A DNA stretch of 56,942 bases, filler included, from Platydemus manokwari (Eukaryota): the NCBI GenBank assembly GCA_037951405.1. It is 6 parts of 6 records of this genome, joined end to end, with 100 filler letters (N's around TTAATTAATTAA, not from the genome) between each part and the next. Parts side by side here need not be neighbours in the genome. Positions count along the whole stretch, not along the records: positions 1 to 8,749 come from JBBMOY011356316.1; positions 8,850 to 18,776 come from JBBMOY011188433.1; 4 more parts are not named here. One strand, 5' to 3'. Shown in pieces: positions 1 through 13,700 of this stretch (its first letter is position 1; every line of letters begins with the position of its first letter). The notes beneath the pieces were generated by a model. That model made no database searches. It was given only the letters and a program-made list of their open reading frames with translations, and was not told the origin of the DNA. Made by a program: the position numbers and the translations under genes.

Positions 1-957
1 TTTCGTAACTCTAGGCGCTCTGGAACATATCTAAAAACGCGATGAAACATCATTAAAAATACCGCGATTATCATAAAAATGTGTATCACTTAATTTTTTC
101 ATAATGTTTGTGTGTTTCATAGTAAGCTTGGCAGGCCGTACTTTGGAGACTCCTGTCTTAGGTGATCCTGTTTAAATGATCGAAATTGCCAAATGGCTGC
201 TATGTCATATGTTTATAAAAAACGTTTGAAAATTAGTGGATATATAGCAGTGAAATATTTTATAGTTTGTGTATTTTCCATACTCACTGTCGATAAATCG
301 AAATCAATAATCATTTATTAAAACAATTAACACTAAATAAGTATTTTTATTATTGACCATACTGCTAAATTTACCGATGATATTTTATTTCAAACATTAA
401 AAGTCTGTGAACAAGAGTGTCTTAGATTCCATATTTTTAGAAAAAATGGTCTATTGTGATCTGTTATAATAAATTGTATTGGTGAATTTCTTTTTTTTGT
501 TAAAATTGGGACCTTGTTTTGGTTTTGATTGAAACCTCCTGAAACTCAAGTGTACTTTATAGCTTGTTGATAATTAAGGTTATACAATATAATTCCGTAT
601 ATTCATTTCTACATTGAATTAATTTTAGGCTGATTAAGAATTTATTGGCTGTCCTTTAATAAAATGTCTGAGGAAAATTTAAAGAAACAAATTCACTAAT
701 AATTTAATAATAACTTAATTTCAAATTTTAAATAATAATTTTAATGATTTAACAATTATTTCGAAAATTAAAAATAATATTTTGAAATTTTGAATTATTA
801 AACAATTTAACATTAAGTAATTTTAATGAATTTAAATTTATTTATTTATATGACTGATCAAGGTTATCAATAAAAGCGCTTTGGAAAAGATTAAAAATTT
901 CTTTAGAGGATGTAAAATAAATTCCCCCATTGAATTTTCAATTTTTAAACGAGGTAG

Positions 958-1120
958 CCACTACTACCATGGCGCCAAAATGTTGAAAATAAAGGGTTGC
1001 TGTAATTTTCAAAATTTCTTTTAATTTAATTAATGCGATTTAATCCTTTATTGAATAAATCTTAAAGTCGATTTTGACAACTCGTAGACGTGTTGCTCTA
1101 AAATGTAATAATTAATGTTG
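958..1120 (-). mobile_element. 3' end of an LTR plus primer-binding site of an LTR retrotransposon (opposite orientation to the adjacent gypsy pol)
   Basis: Minus strand reads ...AATAAA...TTTTCAACA-TTT-TGGCGCCATGG: poly(A) signal, CA LTR end, then TGGCGCC, complementary to a tRNA 3' end (GGCGCCA). Confidence 0.45.
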
Positions 1121-1128
1121 TAATCAAA

Positions 1129-4100
1129 ATGGTATCAAGCCGAAATTGCTTTCCAACATGTTTCCTATGTAAAAATGAAAACTGTCATTATAAGGTAAAA
1201 AAAACACGTTCAATGGAGAATCGAGGACAAAGTTTACAACGAAATTCTCAGGCAGTCAATACGATTCGTAGAGACAGCTATGCTCGAGCCCTAAAAACAG
1301 GAAGAAGCAACCGTTGGAATAACCAATACAAAAAAGCAACTAGTCCAATAATTATAAACCACATAATACTATCAGAACACGGAACCCCGAGCCAATAGCT
1401 TCAGAACAGAAGTTCACTTCAGGTAGAGAGAGACCAGTGTATTCGATGAAATATATGACTAAGAAACTTTACAATAAGTGTCGAGGCATGCCAGATCCAA
1501 AAGATGAACGCTTGCGTGGAGACAATTCCCTATGCTGTGGAGAAAGCGGACACTGCAGAAGCCAGTGTCCGCTAAGACACAAATGTTTAATATGCGTACA
1601 AGAAGGCCATCATTTCAGATCATGCCATTTAATACGAGGTACAAAACACAGAGTTGAAGGTAGAATTTTATGTATTCAAGACGAAATCGAGAAGTAATTT
1701 GATCCAATTGAAGACCCAGTAATGCACGAGATAGAAGATCAAAAAACCACGACAACTCCGTCGTATACATTTCATCGGTGGGGTTGAATCAATAGATAAC
1801 AAGAAAATTTGAAATGGAACCAAACATGAAGAGATGTTTAAGAAGGACGACTCTAGGATGTCTATAAATAAGAGTTGTGATAGCAAAAAGAATTTGTCTA
1901 GGATTCACTGGAGGTGTTGACACGATGAATGCATGACAGAGGTGGCCATAATTTAACGACAAATATACAGATCAGGAAAGATAGAAACACGCATTGAAAA
2001 CGATCAAGACTGAGAACACGGGCAGAATTGGAAGACCGGAAAAATATTCATGGCTTCGAAATTGGATCTAGAGAGAACTAATTTAGTTGTTCACGATATT
2101 ATAATTACCGGAAATCCTATTTCGCAGAATCCCAGAAGACAGTCCATGCACTTAGAAGCAAAAATTGAAGATGTGATAAAATACTTGCTCGAAATAGGAG
2201 TAATAAGACTATGCGAGAGTGCTTGTAATCCACCAATAGTCATCGTAGAAAAAAAGAACGGATCTATCCGGATGTGTGTGGATTATCGAAGACTCAATGC
2301 AGTGACAGAAAAATTTAGTTTCCCTATGCCTGATATCCATAAGCTTATAGACTATTTGGCGAATGCTAAATATTTCTCGTCGATAGATTTGGGACAGGCT
2401 TATTACCAAGTCGAACTAAGTCCGAGATCCCAAGACTGGACAGTTTTTAACACAGACTCCCGTTTGGATTATCTACAGCACCAGCAACCTTTCAAAAACT
2501 AATTCACAAGCTGTTAGATGGATTGATTTTTAAGGGCGTTGTGGTATATTTGGATAATCTGTTAATATACGGAAAATCTCTGCAAGAGCATGACTATCTA
2601 CCTGAAGCCGTGTTTCGACGAATTCAAAAGTCGGTTCTGACAGTGAATCCGGAGATATGTGCACTTATCGAAGATGAAGTAAGGTTCTTAGATCTATGGT
2701 CAGTGCCAATGGCATACAGACTAATTGCAACAAAATCGAACAGAAAAGAGATATCCCAGTACGACAGTAAACTGCGATCATTTTTAGGACTGACAAAGTA
2801 TTACAGGCAGTTCATCAAGGATTATGCTTTAATAACGGCTTCACTATACGGCGCAATTACAGATTAAGACAAAGATGCAAGATAGTCAGAATCGTGTCAA
2901 ACAACTTTTTTGAAGCTAAAGTCGCACTCTGTGAAACACCAATTTTGGATTACCCAAGAGAAAACAGGATATTTGTACTCGATATGGGCACAAGATTTGG
3001 TGCAAACAGGGCCTTTCTAAGCCAAATTACTGAATAAGGAACAGAAGTAGTTATAGCCTATGGGTCTCGATTGCTGACTAGTCACGAGAAAGGGTATTGT
3101 GTTACCAAGAAAGAACTGATGGCTATCGACGAGTATGTTATTTACTTTAGATAATACTTGTATAGAAAGAAATTCATTGCGAGAACCAATCACAAAGCCC
3201 TGGTATTCTTGAACTCGACACGAAAACCGATCAGCTCTTAATTTCAAACATGGGTGGTTTTGCGGTCAGAATACGATTTTGATATAAAATACAGAAAAGA
3301 AGAGAATCATAGTAACGCAGATGCATTGTCTAGGATCAACGAGATACTATATTCCAAGTGCAAGACGAGTCATAATGGAGCAAAAGCCGAGAACCAAATA
3401 TTTGGCCCAAATACAAATAAAATCGGGGATAATGCAGAAAATACAGGAAGCACAGGATAAAGATGCAGAAATAGTGTAGACATTCAGATTTCTAAATGAT
3501 GAAAAGACTCTAACCAGCTCGGAATTCTGGAATAAACATTCATTTTCGAGAATAAAGATAAGTTGAAGGTGGTCCACAATACGCTAGTGAAAGAGTAAGT
3601 TGGGCTGTTATAATACAGAAAGATTTTGCCGCTCAATTTGTCAAGACAATTCACGAGGAGCTCTGCCACTTAGGCTAAAAAAAAACTTTTACATATTTGA
3701 ACGACTGTTTTTATTGGTCAGATATGTTCAACACCATCAAAAAGATACTGAAAGAATGTATTATCTGTGTAAAGAGAAAGGTTAATCAATCCAGAACTAA
3801 GCAGTTTCTGCTCCCTCGGTTTGGTTCTGAGTTTCAAGAACAAATTGTGGTGGACATTCCACAAATATGACGCGATTCATGGTAATAAGAAGTACCTAGT
3901 AGTCATTATCGACAGATTCAGCAAGATAGTGAGCCTCACTGCTACATTTAACCAACACGAAAAGACAATCTTCCATATCATGTTGAACTCGTGAATTTAT
4001 CGTTTTGGAAAGCCAAAGATCATTCTATCTGAGAACAGGAAACAATTTGGAGGCGTGTTCAAAATTGAGTATCAAGCAAGATTTCAGCTCACCATACCAA

Positions 4101-4420
4101 TATCAATCGAACGGGCTAGTGGACAGAGTCAACAGGACGGTACGAGATATGATAACAGTTACTTTGCAGAGTAACAGCCATGATAAAAATTAGGCTGAAT
4201 TGTGGCAAGAATAGAGTGCTGCATCAAAGCAACAAGTCAATGAAGTTCTCGCCTTTCGAGATAATCTACGGACGGAAGCTCAATGTTCATACATATATGA
4301 GCAGCTAGAGAAAATTCTAAAATGGCAGCCTATACAATGCCTAACCGTGACAGGGAAAAAATACATCGAGCTTTTCAGATGGGAGAGAAGGTGCTAGTTC
4401 GCGTAGATCCCAATAAGAGG
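1129..4420 (+). mobile_element. Decayed Ty3/gypsy LTR retrotransposon internal region (gag zinc knuckles, RT, RNase H, integrase)
   Basis: Two CCHC knuckles (CCGESGHCRSQC, CLICVQEGHHFRSC) at 1437-1697; RT motifs PIVIVEKKNGSIRMCVDYRRLN, IDLGQAYYQV and VVYLDNLLI; LRSFLGLTKYYRQFIKDY; RNase H region near 2950-3330 ending HSNADALSR; integrase fragments (IIDRFSK, SSPYQYQSNGLVDRVNRTV). Many stops and frameshifts. Confidence 0.93.
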
Positions 4421-4439
4421 ACGAAAAATGGATACAAGC

Positions 4440-5390
4440 ACGGATTCAAGTCAGACAGACAAGTGGAAATATTCATTAAAGGGCTTCTTAACAAGAGCTA
4501 CAAATTTGGTTTAAAGCGATTGAATCCAAAGAATATAGATGAAACGGTCAAACTTATCAAGGAACAAACTAATGTCTCGAAGTCAGAATTCGAAGATTTG
4601 GATATGCCGTGGGATCTGAAACATATAAAATCAGACGAAAAGTACGTCAATGAACAATTAAAGGCTGAAATTTAAGACTCGAGTATGTTTTCAATGTGGT
4701 GGTCCTCATCTGCAAAGATTCAGTGTTACAGATATCAAGGATGTCAAATACTTAAAATCCGAAGAAAGACGAATCGCATCAGAAGAGGACAATATGTCGA
4801 CTTTAGATACACTTTCTGAGAAAGATTGTAATATGTTAAATATGGATAACTAGAAACAAGTTAAGCCAAGAAAGTCTAGGCAAAATCACTTCAATTCGAT
4901 CGAGGACCATTATGTACAGTTTATGAATGGGCAAGGAGCTAAACTAAGTCGAATTTTGTCAAAAGCAGATATGGTTATAACGAATCGCAAACCAGAAAAG
5001 ACAAAATCAATCAATAGCTGATTGTAAAATTGAAGATGGGAAAGTGAAGATACTGTTTGATACGGGAACTGAGCTTAATGTAATCAGCAAAGATTTAGTC
5101 AATAGAATTATGAAAAAGTATGATTTTATTAAAAAGCGGAGATCTCCCAACAGAATAAGATGTGCAAATGGATCAATAATAAAACCTTCAGGACATGTTT
5201 ATTTAAGAGTTTTGATTGAAGCAGAAGAATTATTTCAATATTTTGATGATGTGCTACAACTATTCCCAAGAATGTTTCACCGCATTAAGTTATATGAAGA
5301 ATTGAATTTCGGTCGTACTGAGTAAGAATTGCATTAAGATAAAAGGGATTGAGATACCTTTTTTTCTAAAACTCAGATAGAATCTTTAAA
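4440..5390 (+). mobile_element. Second gypsy-type fragment: gag capsid C-terminus, zinc knuckle and aspartic protease
   Basis: EIFIKGL...PKNIDETVKLIKE (capsid C-terminus), CFQCGGPH near 4686, and protease motif ILFDTGTELNVIS at 5044-5325. It lies downstream of the first element's integrase, so it is a separate or rearranged copy. Confidence 0.8.
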
Positions 5391-5812
5391 TTGTTAGAGG
5401 TCGGGTTCGAGGGTCGAAATATGACGGAAGAAAAAGCGGAGATCCAGAATAATAAAAGTGTAATATTAGCGGTTGATGTGCTTCAACCTTACCAAAACAA
5501 ATTTTTCATTTCGGTTATTATCAAATCCCTCTTCACTATGTTTCTCTTATCTGCTAAAACCACATATTCCAAAAAACTATCCACTTTACTGCTATTTCCG
5601 TCAAGCTTTTACAAAGTAATCACCATCTCTCAACAGCAGTAGTAGTTAACATCAGACATTGACGGCGTAATCTTCAAATAAGAGCGAGCGAAAGCGTAGT
5701 GATGTTCACTACTACTAATATACTTTATCAAATAAAAATCTAAGAAACAATTAAAAATAAAAATCTACGCAAAAATAAAAAATAAAAAACCTATTAAAAA
5801 GTATATTTACAA

Positions 5813-7700
5813 ATGAACGTGCAAAAATGCCAAATTTTCGATACAACTTTTAAAACGATTCAGACTCTAAAAGCCATGAAAAATCAAAAAAGCATAGCGA
5901 AATTTAACGCTTCTATTAATAACAATAACACAATTAATAACAATAATACAATCAATAACAATAATACAATTAATGAAACTTCTTCTTCATCAACTATGGA
6001 CGATGTTTACAAAATTCATAAAATTTATAAAAAATCTCAACAAAGTCAAAAATATAATTTCTCATAATGAAATATTAGAATTTCTTAATAAATATACAAA
6101 TCATACATTTCAAATAATTATCAAAATATTATTACAAAAAATAAATCCAAATACTGAAAAAGTTGAATATACAACAATAAAATTATTTACAGACCAAATA
6201 TTAAAAATTGGATTGGAGAATATTAAGGAAAAAGATCTAATGGAAATTATTAAAGACTTTCCCGAACAATTAAATAATGATTTAATGAGAGTTCAAGGAA
6301 GTGGATGGAATATATTTTAATTAGGGAATATGGCTGTAAATATTTCAAAGGTAAATGTTTTATCAGGAAGCAATTATTTACCCCTTCCATTTGTCTCTAA
6401 TAATATAGTAAATGTAGAAAACTATAATAACAAATGTCTTCTATATTCTATACTTGCACATTTATAACCAATAGAAGGGCAAAGATGTTCAAATTGAACA
6501 AGTCATTATAGACCACATTTTGATGAATTAAATCTTGAAGGAATATCATTTCCAACACCTATTAATGCAATCAAAAAATTTGAGAGAAACAATAATTTTA
6601 AAATAAATGTTATGGTACAAAAAGGTGAAGGTAATGAAAGAAAAAATTGTAAAGTATTTCCAATCTATATTTCAAAGAAAGAAGAATTTCTTCAAGATAT
6701 TAAATTTTTATATTTAGAAAAAAATGAAGTAACCCACTATGCTCTCATTAACAATTTCAACCGACTAATGAATGGAGAACTAAACTATAACTTAAGACCA
6801 AACCAAAGATTAAATATTTGTGATAAATCTTTTTCTTATTTTGTAACAGAAAATAGTTTTGAAAATCATCGGAGAATATGTGGTAAAGATGGAAAAAATA
6901 TAACAAGAGTAGTTTTGAACGAAGTTCGGCCCATGGCAATATCTTAAAATGTAATAATTATAACCATCAAATTCCAGTTCCTTTTATAATTTTTGCTGAT
7001 ATAGAATGTGTGAATATTCCTAAAGAAGAACAAAGAGGAAAATCCACAAAAGTTTTAGCCAATTTATATTTAGCCAAAAATATTTAGCCAATTTAGAATC
7101 AAGTAAAATTAAATAAGCCAATTTACTTAGGATTTACTATTTTAGAATTAAGCAAATTATTAATATACGAATTTTATTATAATATTTTAAAACCTAAATA
7201 TAAAGAAAATATTGAAGTATTATATATGGATACGGATTCATATATATTAAATATTAAAACAGAGGATATTTATGAAGATTTAAATAATGATGAAGAATTA
7301 AAGAGTGAATTTGATTTCTCAGATTTTAATATAGATCATCCATTATATAACACAATAAATAAAAAAGTACCAGTAAAATTTAAAATTGAATTAAATGGAA
7401 AGATTTCAACGGAATAGATATCAATTAGATCAAATGTTCTTTTTATGGCAGTAAACCACAAATAAAAAAAAATAAGGGAATTCAAAAATTGGTAATTAAT
7501 AAAAATATGAATATGTACTTATTTAAAGATTGCCTATTTAATAACAAATATAATTATAAGGATGTGATGAGAATAAATTTAGATAAACATGATATAGAAT
7601 TATCGAAAGCAAATAAATTAGTTATATAATTTTAACCAAAAGAGATTTATCTGGTGTGATGGTATTAATACTAAGTCTTTTGGAAGTTTAGAAATTTATT
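5813..7700 (+). pseudogene. Protein-primed DNA polymerase B (pPolB) pseudogene with a large internal deletion
   Basis: N-terminal Polinton PolB motifs GSGW, GSNYLPLP, NKCLLYSILAHL, HYALINNFNRL and PVPFIIFADIEC (exo I). C-terminal motifs NKPIYLGFTILELSK, YMDTDSY (catalytic DTDS), FDFSDF..DHPLY...NKKVP.KFK.E. Most of the exo/palm region is missing at about 7055-7115. Confidence 0.88.
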
Positions 7701-7719
7701 AAATAAAATCATGAAATTT

Positions 7720-8525
7720 TATTTTACTTTTTTAACTTCTTTTATTACTTTAGCTTCGCTAATTTTCACGATATTTTTCTTTTAATTCTTTTTTATGCTC
7801 CTTCTTTAATTTCATTAATATTTCATTCTTTGTTTCTTGTTGTATTTTATTTTCTAATTTTATATTATTATCCTTAATCTTCAAAATTTCTTCATGTAAA
7901 TTTTTTATAATATCTTTTGCTTTATTAATTTCTTAATCGGTTAATATATTATCTTCCAAGGCTTTTAGTTGGAAAAGATATAATTTATCAATACATTGTT
8001 TAATTGCTTCACTAACTTTTCTATAAATATTTTTCTTTTTTTACATACTCCATTATGAAATGTTTCTCCAACAATATAATTTTATTGTTGTAAATAAACC
8101 AACTCCAATATAAAACACCCCAACATAAAACAATTGATAGAATTATTTCAATACCTGAAAGAACGGGTAAAATGGTTGTTAATATAGTTAAAGCCCCACC
8201 GGAGGTTAAAGAAAATACTTTAGACCACTATCAGCTTTTGACCATTTATTTTTTTACTTATTATAATGACTTAATAATTCTTCTAAAACTCTTTTTTCAT
8301 TCATAGAATTTTCAATTCTACGTTTATTAATATTTACTTTTAATATATCATTTTCATAACACATATTTAGTGGAGCGCTTGGATTACTAAAATTACCAAG
8401 CGAGAGATAAAGTTTTTGATCCTCCAAACTTTCAGTCTTTTCTGAAATTAAATATGAAATTAAATAATTCAAAAATTCAGCAAGACTGAAATTAAATAAT
8501 TCTTTAATGAAATATAAAATTTCAT
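7720..8525 (-). pseudogene. Decayed small accessory ORFs of the Polinton-like element (hydrophobic segment followed by coiled coil)
   Basis: Minus-strand translation gives FYVGVFYIGVGLFTTIKL then LKALEDNILTD*EINKAKDIIKNLHEEILKIK, plus the 72-aa ORF at 8254-8472. Convergent with PolB. Confidence 0.45.
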
Positions 8526-8749
8526 AATTTTATTTAAACGAAGTTCCTTCCCTTCAATAATACAATATGTCGGGATAATTTTTGCAAATAAAACTATAAT
8601 TTCATTTTTTCATTGGATATAAGTTTGTTGGGTCTACCGACTATAGAGCGCAACAATCCTTTTACTGATCTTACTCCAAAAATCAAGACAAAGTGGTTGA
8701 TCACTAAGTTATATTTTCACAAATGTACACGACTTAAAAGTTGATTACA

Positions 8750-8849
8750 NNNNNNNNNNNNNNNNNNNNNNNNNNNNNNNNNNNNNNNNNNNNTTAATTA
8801 ATTAANNNNNNNNNNNNNNNNNNNNNNNNNNNNNNNNNNNNNNNNNNNN
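8750..8849. other. Artificial scaffold-joining spacer (44N-TTAATTAATTAA-44N)
   Basis: Exact 100-nt pattern with a six-frame stop linker. Confidence 0.98.
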
Positions 8850-10139
8850 TTCTATAATCAAAAATGGATTTTGATATTTAGTCTAAATAAAATGATTTTT
8901 ATTTACTTTATTCCTCGAAATACCAACTAAAGTGATTTTAATTTATTTTAGTGATTTTTAGATAAAATTGTATTTTTCATTAAACTGATTTTTGTACTTT
9001 TAAATTAATTCATTATCTACATTATCATTTTTCTTAATATTAGTTTTATATGTAGTACTTATCTAGCTTTGATTTAATCATAAATTATTTTCTAATCAAT
9101 TTTATAATTTTGATTTGTTGTTTAAATATCTGAATGATAAATCATTATAAAGACGTTGCAGCTTGTTTTAGCTTCTTAACAGACTAAGGCAAAGTTAAAC
9201 TTTATATCATGGCAACTGCTGAAAACGATTCACGAATTCAAAAGATTCCAATACAAATCATTGGAAATCAATTCTTAATGCTGTGTTTAGTTGATTATTT
9301 TTTTATGTATGAAAATATATTTCGAAAACTTATGAAATTTTCTAATTTTTGAATCTTTTATCTGAATGTAATGAGATATTAGAATGAAAATGATGTCGAT
9401 AGTTTCATTGAATTTTAATGAAATATTCAAACAATATGAAGGACCATTATTGTAAATGAACTGTAATGCACAGGATTAATATTTGTTGAAATAAAGTTCT
9501 TAAAATTAACGATATAAAATTATTTAATCTTACAAATCTTATTTTAAATATTGTTGTGATGCTAATGCTATTCGAGAAATATTGTAAATATTATACAAGA
9601 ATTAGTTTTCCCAAATACATTACATCTTGCTAAGATTTAAATATTATCCTCGATTTGAAACAGAATTTATTGTTGATAAAAAGAGCTTCTGATTATAAAC
9701 TGTTTGTCATTTTAGAATTATAACTATTCAAATATGTCCATAGTGTAATTCACATTCTGATCATGACTGTTTGCCTGGATTGTAAATATGATAAATGAAA
9801 TGATAAATATTAAATAAATAGAAATTTAATAAAAACTTCTTTAAATGTTAAGAATTGCACTAAAAACAGAACAAATATGAACGCGATAATAGAAATAAAT
9901 ACAATACAAAAAATTTATATGAATGTTGAAATGAATAAAGAAACTGTGTTTGGAAAATTTAAGCAACACATTGAACCAGATGTAATGAAATAACAAAGAT
10001 CTTATTAAAAATAAAGATAAACCAAACCTTAAGAAATAAACAGTAGTGCAAACATATGTATTGCTGAATATGGAATATATACATGGAGTAATTACACTTG
10101 ATACATCGACAATTACGCATTTAAGTACGAATGTTGACC

Positions 10140-10760
10140 AATCAAAATCGTAATAAATGGAAATTTCATTTCGATGAAATAAAGAGATTAATCAGCTCCA
10201 CATTGTGAAAATTACAAGTCTCAATTAAAATTCAAAAAATCTAAATAACCAGTGAAATTGAAACGTGTTTGATACATGAAATAAGAACCATACAGTAACG
10301 GTTATAACTTCCGAGCAGTGTGATGCCACTCAAGATTAGAGCAGAGTTTGGTGTCTGGGGCCGTATCGATTCTTTTGATGTTGTTATCAATGCATATTTA
10401 TAATTTTCTTTTGATAAGCAACAATAAAATTACCACATAAAATTATATCGAAATAATCTAAGATTAATTTAAATACTTTTCACAAACTGATGATTTGTTG
10501 AGTAAAGATGAAATCACACTAAAGAAAAACGATTTTGCATCTAAGAACTCTTATTTGAGCACTTTATGCCTATATAACTATATAAGGATAGCAACCATCC
10601 AATCACAGAATACTTGAACGGAAAATTCTAATTCAAAAAATGGACATAGCTACATAGTAACACATAAAGATTGACCAATCTCAATCACAAAAAACATTAA
10701 ATCCAATTGAAACTTGAGAACTAAAATATCAAATCAAAACGTGATACACAAATTACTCAC
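10140..10760 (+). mobile_element. Highly decayed Tc1/mariner transposase relic
   Basis: Scattered motif remnants in the expected order: KWKFHFDE (W..V.FSDE-like), RVWCLG, and D*P-SQSQK-LNPIET (WPSQSPDLNPIE-like) near 10670-10715. Confidence 0.4.
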
Positions 10761-13700
10761 AAATCTCAAGTATGAATGCTGAAATAAAGATGGCCAATTG
10801 CTAGTCAAAAAGATTAATATGACATTTCTTGTATTTGATTTACAGAGTATTCTGATGAATTTAGGAGTTGTTCATGCATGCATTTGTATGCACGATTGAG
10901 AGAAATAAAAGTTGCGACATTCAATTCTTCTGTTGTCACCACATAACAATATGTAAGGATAACATTAATACATCCAAATTTTGATTACATTTTAGCGGTT
11001 TTTAAATTTTATATTTATAACTTTAATCAATATTTGTTTTGGTCGAAACTCTATCTTTCAAACTATTTAAATTATTGGTTACAGTTTCCATTTATTAATA
11101 TAAAATTTAAACTGCACTACTCATTTTCAACAGTAATAGTTCTACACATTAGCCTGCATATAATATACATTTGCATATGCATTTTCGAACATTTGGAAAT
11201 ATTTCGTTTTAAATGTTTACAGTTCATATATTCTACAGTAAGAATAAACACGAAGACTAGGAAATTAAAGTATAGTAGGCGAAAATTAAAGTATATTCAA
11301 AATGATAAGAATTTAAATTGATAGAAACAAGGATTTAATTCTATCGTTTAAATGAAAGTATTCGCATTTCATTAAATTGATCATCTTAAACATGTTTTAG
11401 AATACGCTTTTTAATTCCTAATAGAAATATGTTGTGATTCATTGTGTTATAAATATTAGCAAATCTTCATTTCTTTTTCGATTTAGGAATCGTTCTTAAA
11501 ATCTCTTGTTCAACTGTCAAAAATACTCTATACTTCCCCACAAGACACTATACATGTGCGAACTCACACAATCTCCGTGCTGTAAATTACCAGCACGATT
11601 TTCAATACGAACAATCAATTCCTGCTCAAATGTTGATAAGGAAAAATTTATTAACAAAAAAACTTATTAAATGCTTTCAAAAGTGGTTATTACACTTGAG
11701 TATTGTAGCCGATATTCATTAAAATAGGAAGAAGAGAGTTGAATTTCATTATATTTAGATAATCAATAATTCTAATAATTATTGGATTCGTTTTAATACA
11801 TTTGGTTATTAATTAACGATTCACTTTTTAAAAGTTATAATTTATTTTGAGAAGTATTTTGATTATGAAAAGTTGGTCTAAATATGATAAATAAACTTAT
11901 TTTAAGCCAATTAACGTAAAGAATCATTTACTATGACAACTAGCAGCGTTTCTAAGAAGCTGAAATTACAAAATGTCTCCGGATCCCCCGATGTAACATT
12001 GGGAATATTATTTTCATTAAAACATTGTTAAAAAGTTTTAGAATAAATGTTTTAAGCTCGACTTTGCTAGCAATATGCTGTTACGTTTTAAAGAAATTAT
12101 AAGATAGATTTAAGAATCTGAATGAGCTCAAATATAAATGTAATATTTGTAAGAAAACGTTATGAACACTTAAATGGAATATATTTTAGTTCAAATTTTA
12201 AATGCACTATTTGTAAAAATATCCTAATACAAATGTGTAAAATATGTTTTATTCAATTATCTGCCTTCAATAGTGACACCGGATAAAAATCAAAACCCAT
12301 TAATTTATAAATAAAATAAATGAATATATAAGTGATGAAATCAAAAGGTGTAATTATTGAACACAACTGATACAATAGACAAATAAATTTTAATAATAAA
12401 ATTATTAGAAAAGAAATAATAAAGTTTTCTTTCAAATGATGAATTATTTGTAAATCTAACGTTTTCCGGCTCTGTTTGGATAGAACTGATTTTGTGGAAC
12501 GACTTAGACGTCAGTGACCTGTAATGCCTCTAGAGATAGCACTAATTGTAGTTCGATTATATAGCTTAGTTAAATTGTGGCTGCACTGTATCCAAACCAA
12601 ATAAATTACTAATGATAATTAATAAAACACCGTTAGTAACACTTGAAAATTATGAATATACAAATAAAACTTTTACAATGGCTTCGAAGAAATTGTGTTG
12701 GACCTTGGGAAAACATTTTGAAAATATTGAAACATTTTGTAAGTAAATTTCAGTCATTGTTTATGATCATTTATATTTCTGATGTCGCACTATAGTATTG
12801 TAGAATAATGTTGTCTTGTTCTTCTATTTAAATGAATTTGGATTTGTTTTTCCTTTATTTCTATTCTATTAACTTTTAAATACTACTTTATGTTCAAATA
12901 TTGTTTACAAATTTTAGATTTTTTTCAATTATTTGTTCTACTCAAGGATCTTCACTGATATATTTTTGGATTAAAAGGATATTTTGTGAAACTAATAAAA
13001 AATTTATCTATTATTATCAGTGTGAGATCTGTACTCAACAAAGACATCGCTTTATGCACGTCAACTTGAATAGGAATGATAAAGAATTTGGTACAATAAT
13101 TACATACAACCTGTTATATTTGATCTGGTGGAAAGAAGTACCATCGGTAAGAGGTTGAAGTATCTGTAGTCCGTTTAAATTAAAAAAATATACACATATT
13201 CTATTTAGTTTACAAAATCAAAAGACTAACAGCCAATTTAGGATTACTTATGAGTAAGTTGTAATGAATTTGAATACATCAGCGCTTAATGTGATGAGAA
13301 CATTTTGTCACAAATTTTGACAATTCTTTCTGAACAAATTCTTTTATATCTTTTGTTAAAATTAAAAGTTCAAGAGAATTTACAATCAGATTGTAATTAC
13401 CTTAATTATTATTATTATTATTTTATTTTTATACTGTTTTACTAAATAAATGTTATAAATGGAATTACCTTAAATAAAAAAAATATAAAATTCAAATGTA
13501 AAATGATAACGAATAATTTATACTGAATTATTATAATAAAATCATTATGAATGCTTCTCATTGGATTCATTATTACCACATACAATGTATTTCTCCAGCA
13601 AAATTAGCAAATTATTTGATACTTTGCAAAAAGAACCCCCAAAGTGGTCTTAATAACATTTTGAATTCCTTTGCAGATATTGTCTAAGAAATAGGATTTT

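Larger units (their letters stand above)
5638..8749 (+). mobile_element. Polinton/Maverick-like (adintovirus-like) element, left end, decayed and cut off by the scaffold end
   Basis: Begins AGTAGTAGT, a typical Polinton terminal microsatellite; followed by a protein-primed PolB pseudogene and convergent small minus-strand ORFs. Confidence 0.75.

Noticed and set aside
1-160. Tc1/mariner-like TIR end (reverse complement CAGGAGTCTCCAAAGTAC)
   Set aside because: The partner end is outside the window and there is no clear TA flank, so it cannot be supported.
12654-13150. Possible exons ending in GTAAGT/GTAAGA
   Set aside because: No recognisable protein family and no consistent spliced frame.
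13540-13700. hAT dimerisation-domain remnant on the minus strand
   Set aside because: Motif similarity is too weak to distinguish from chance.
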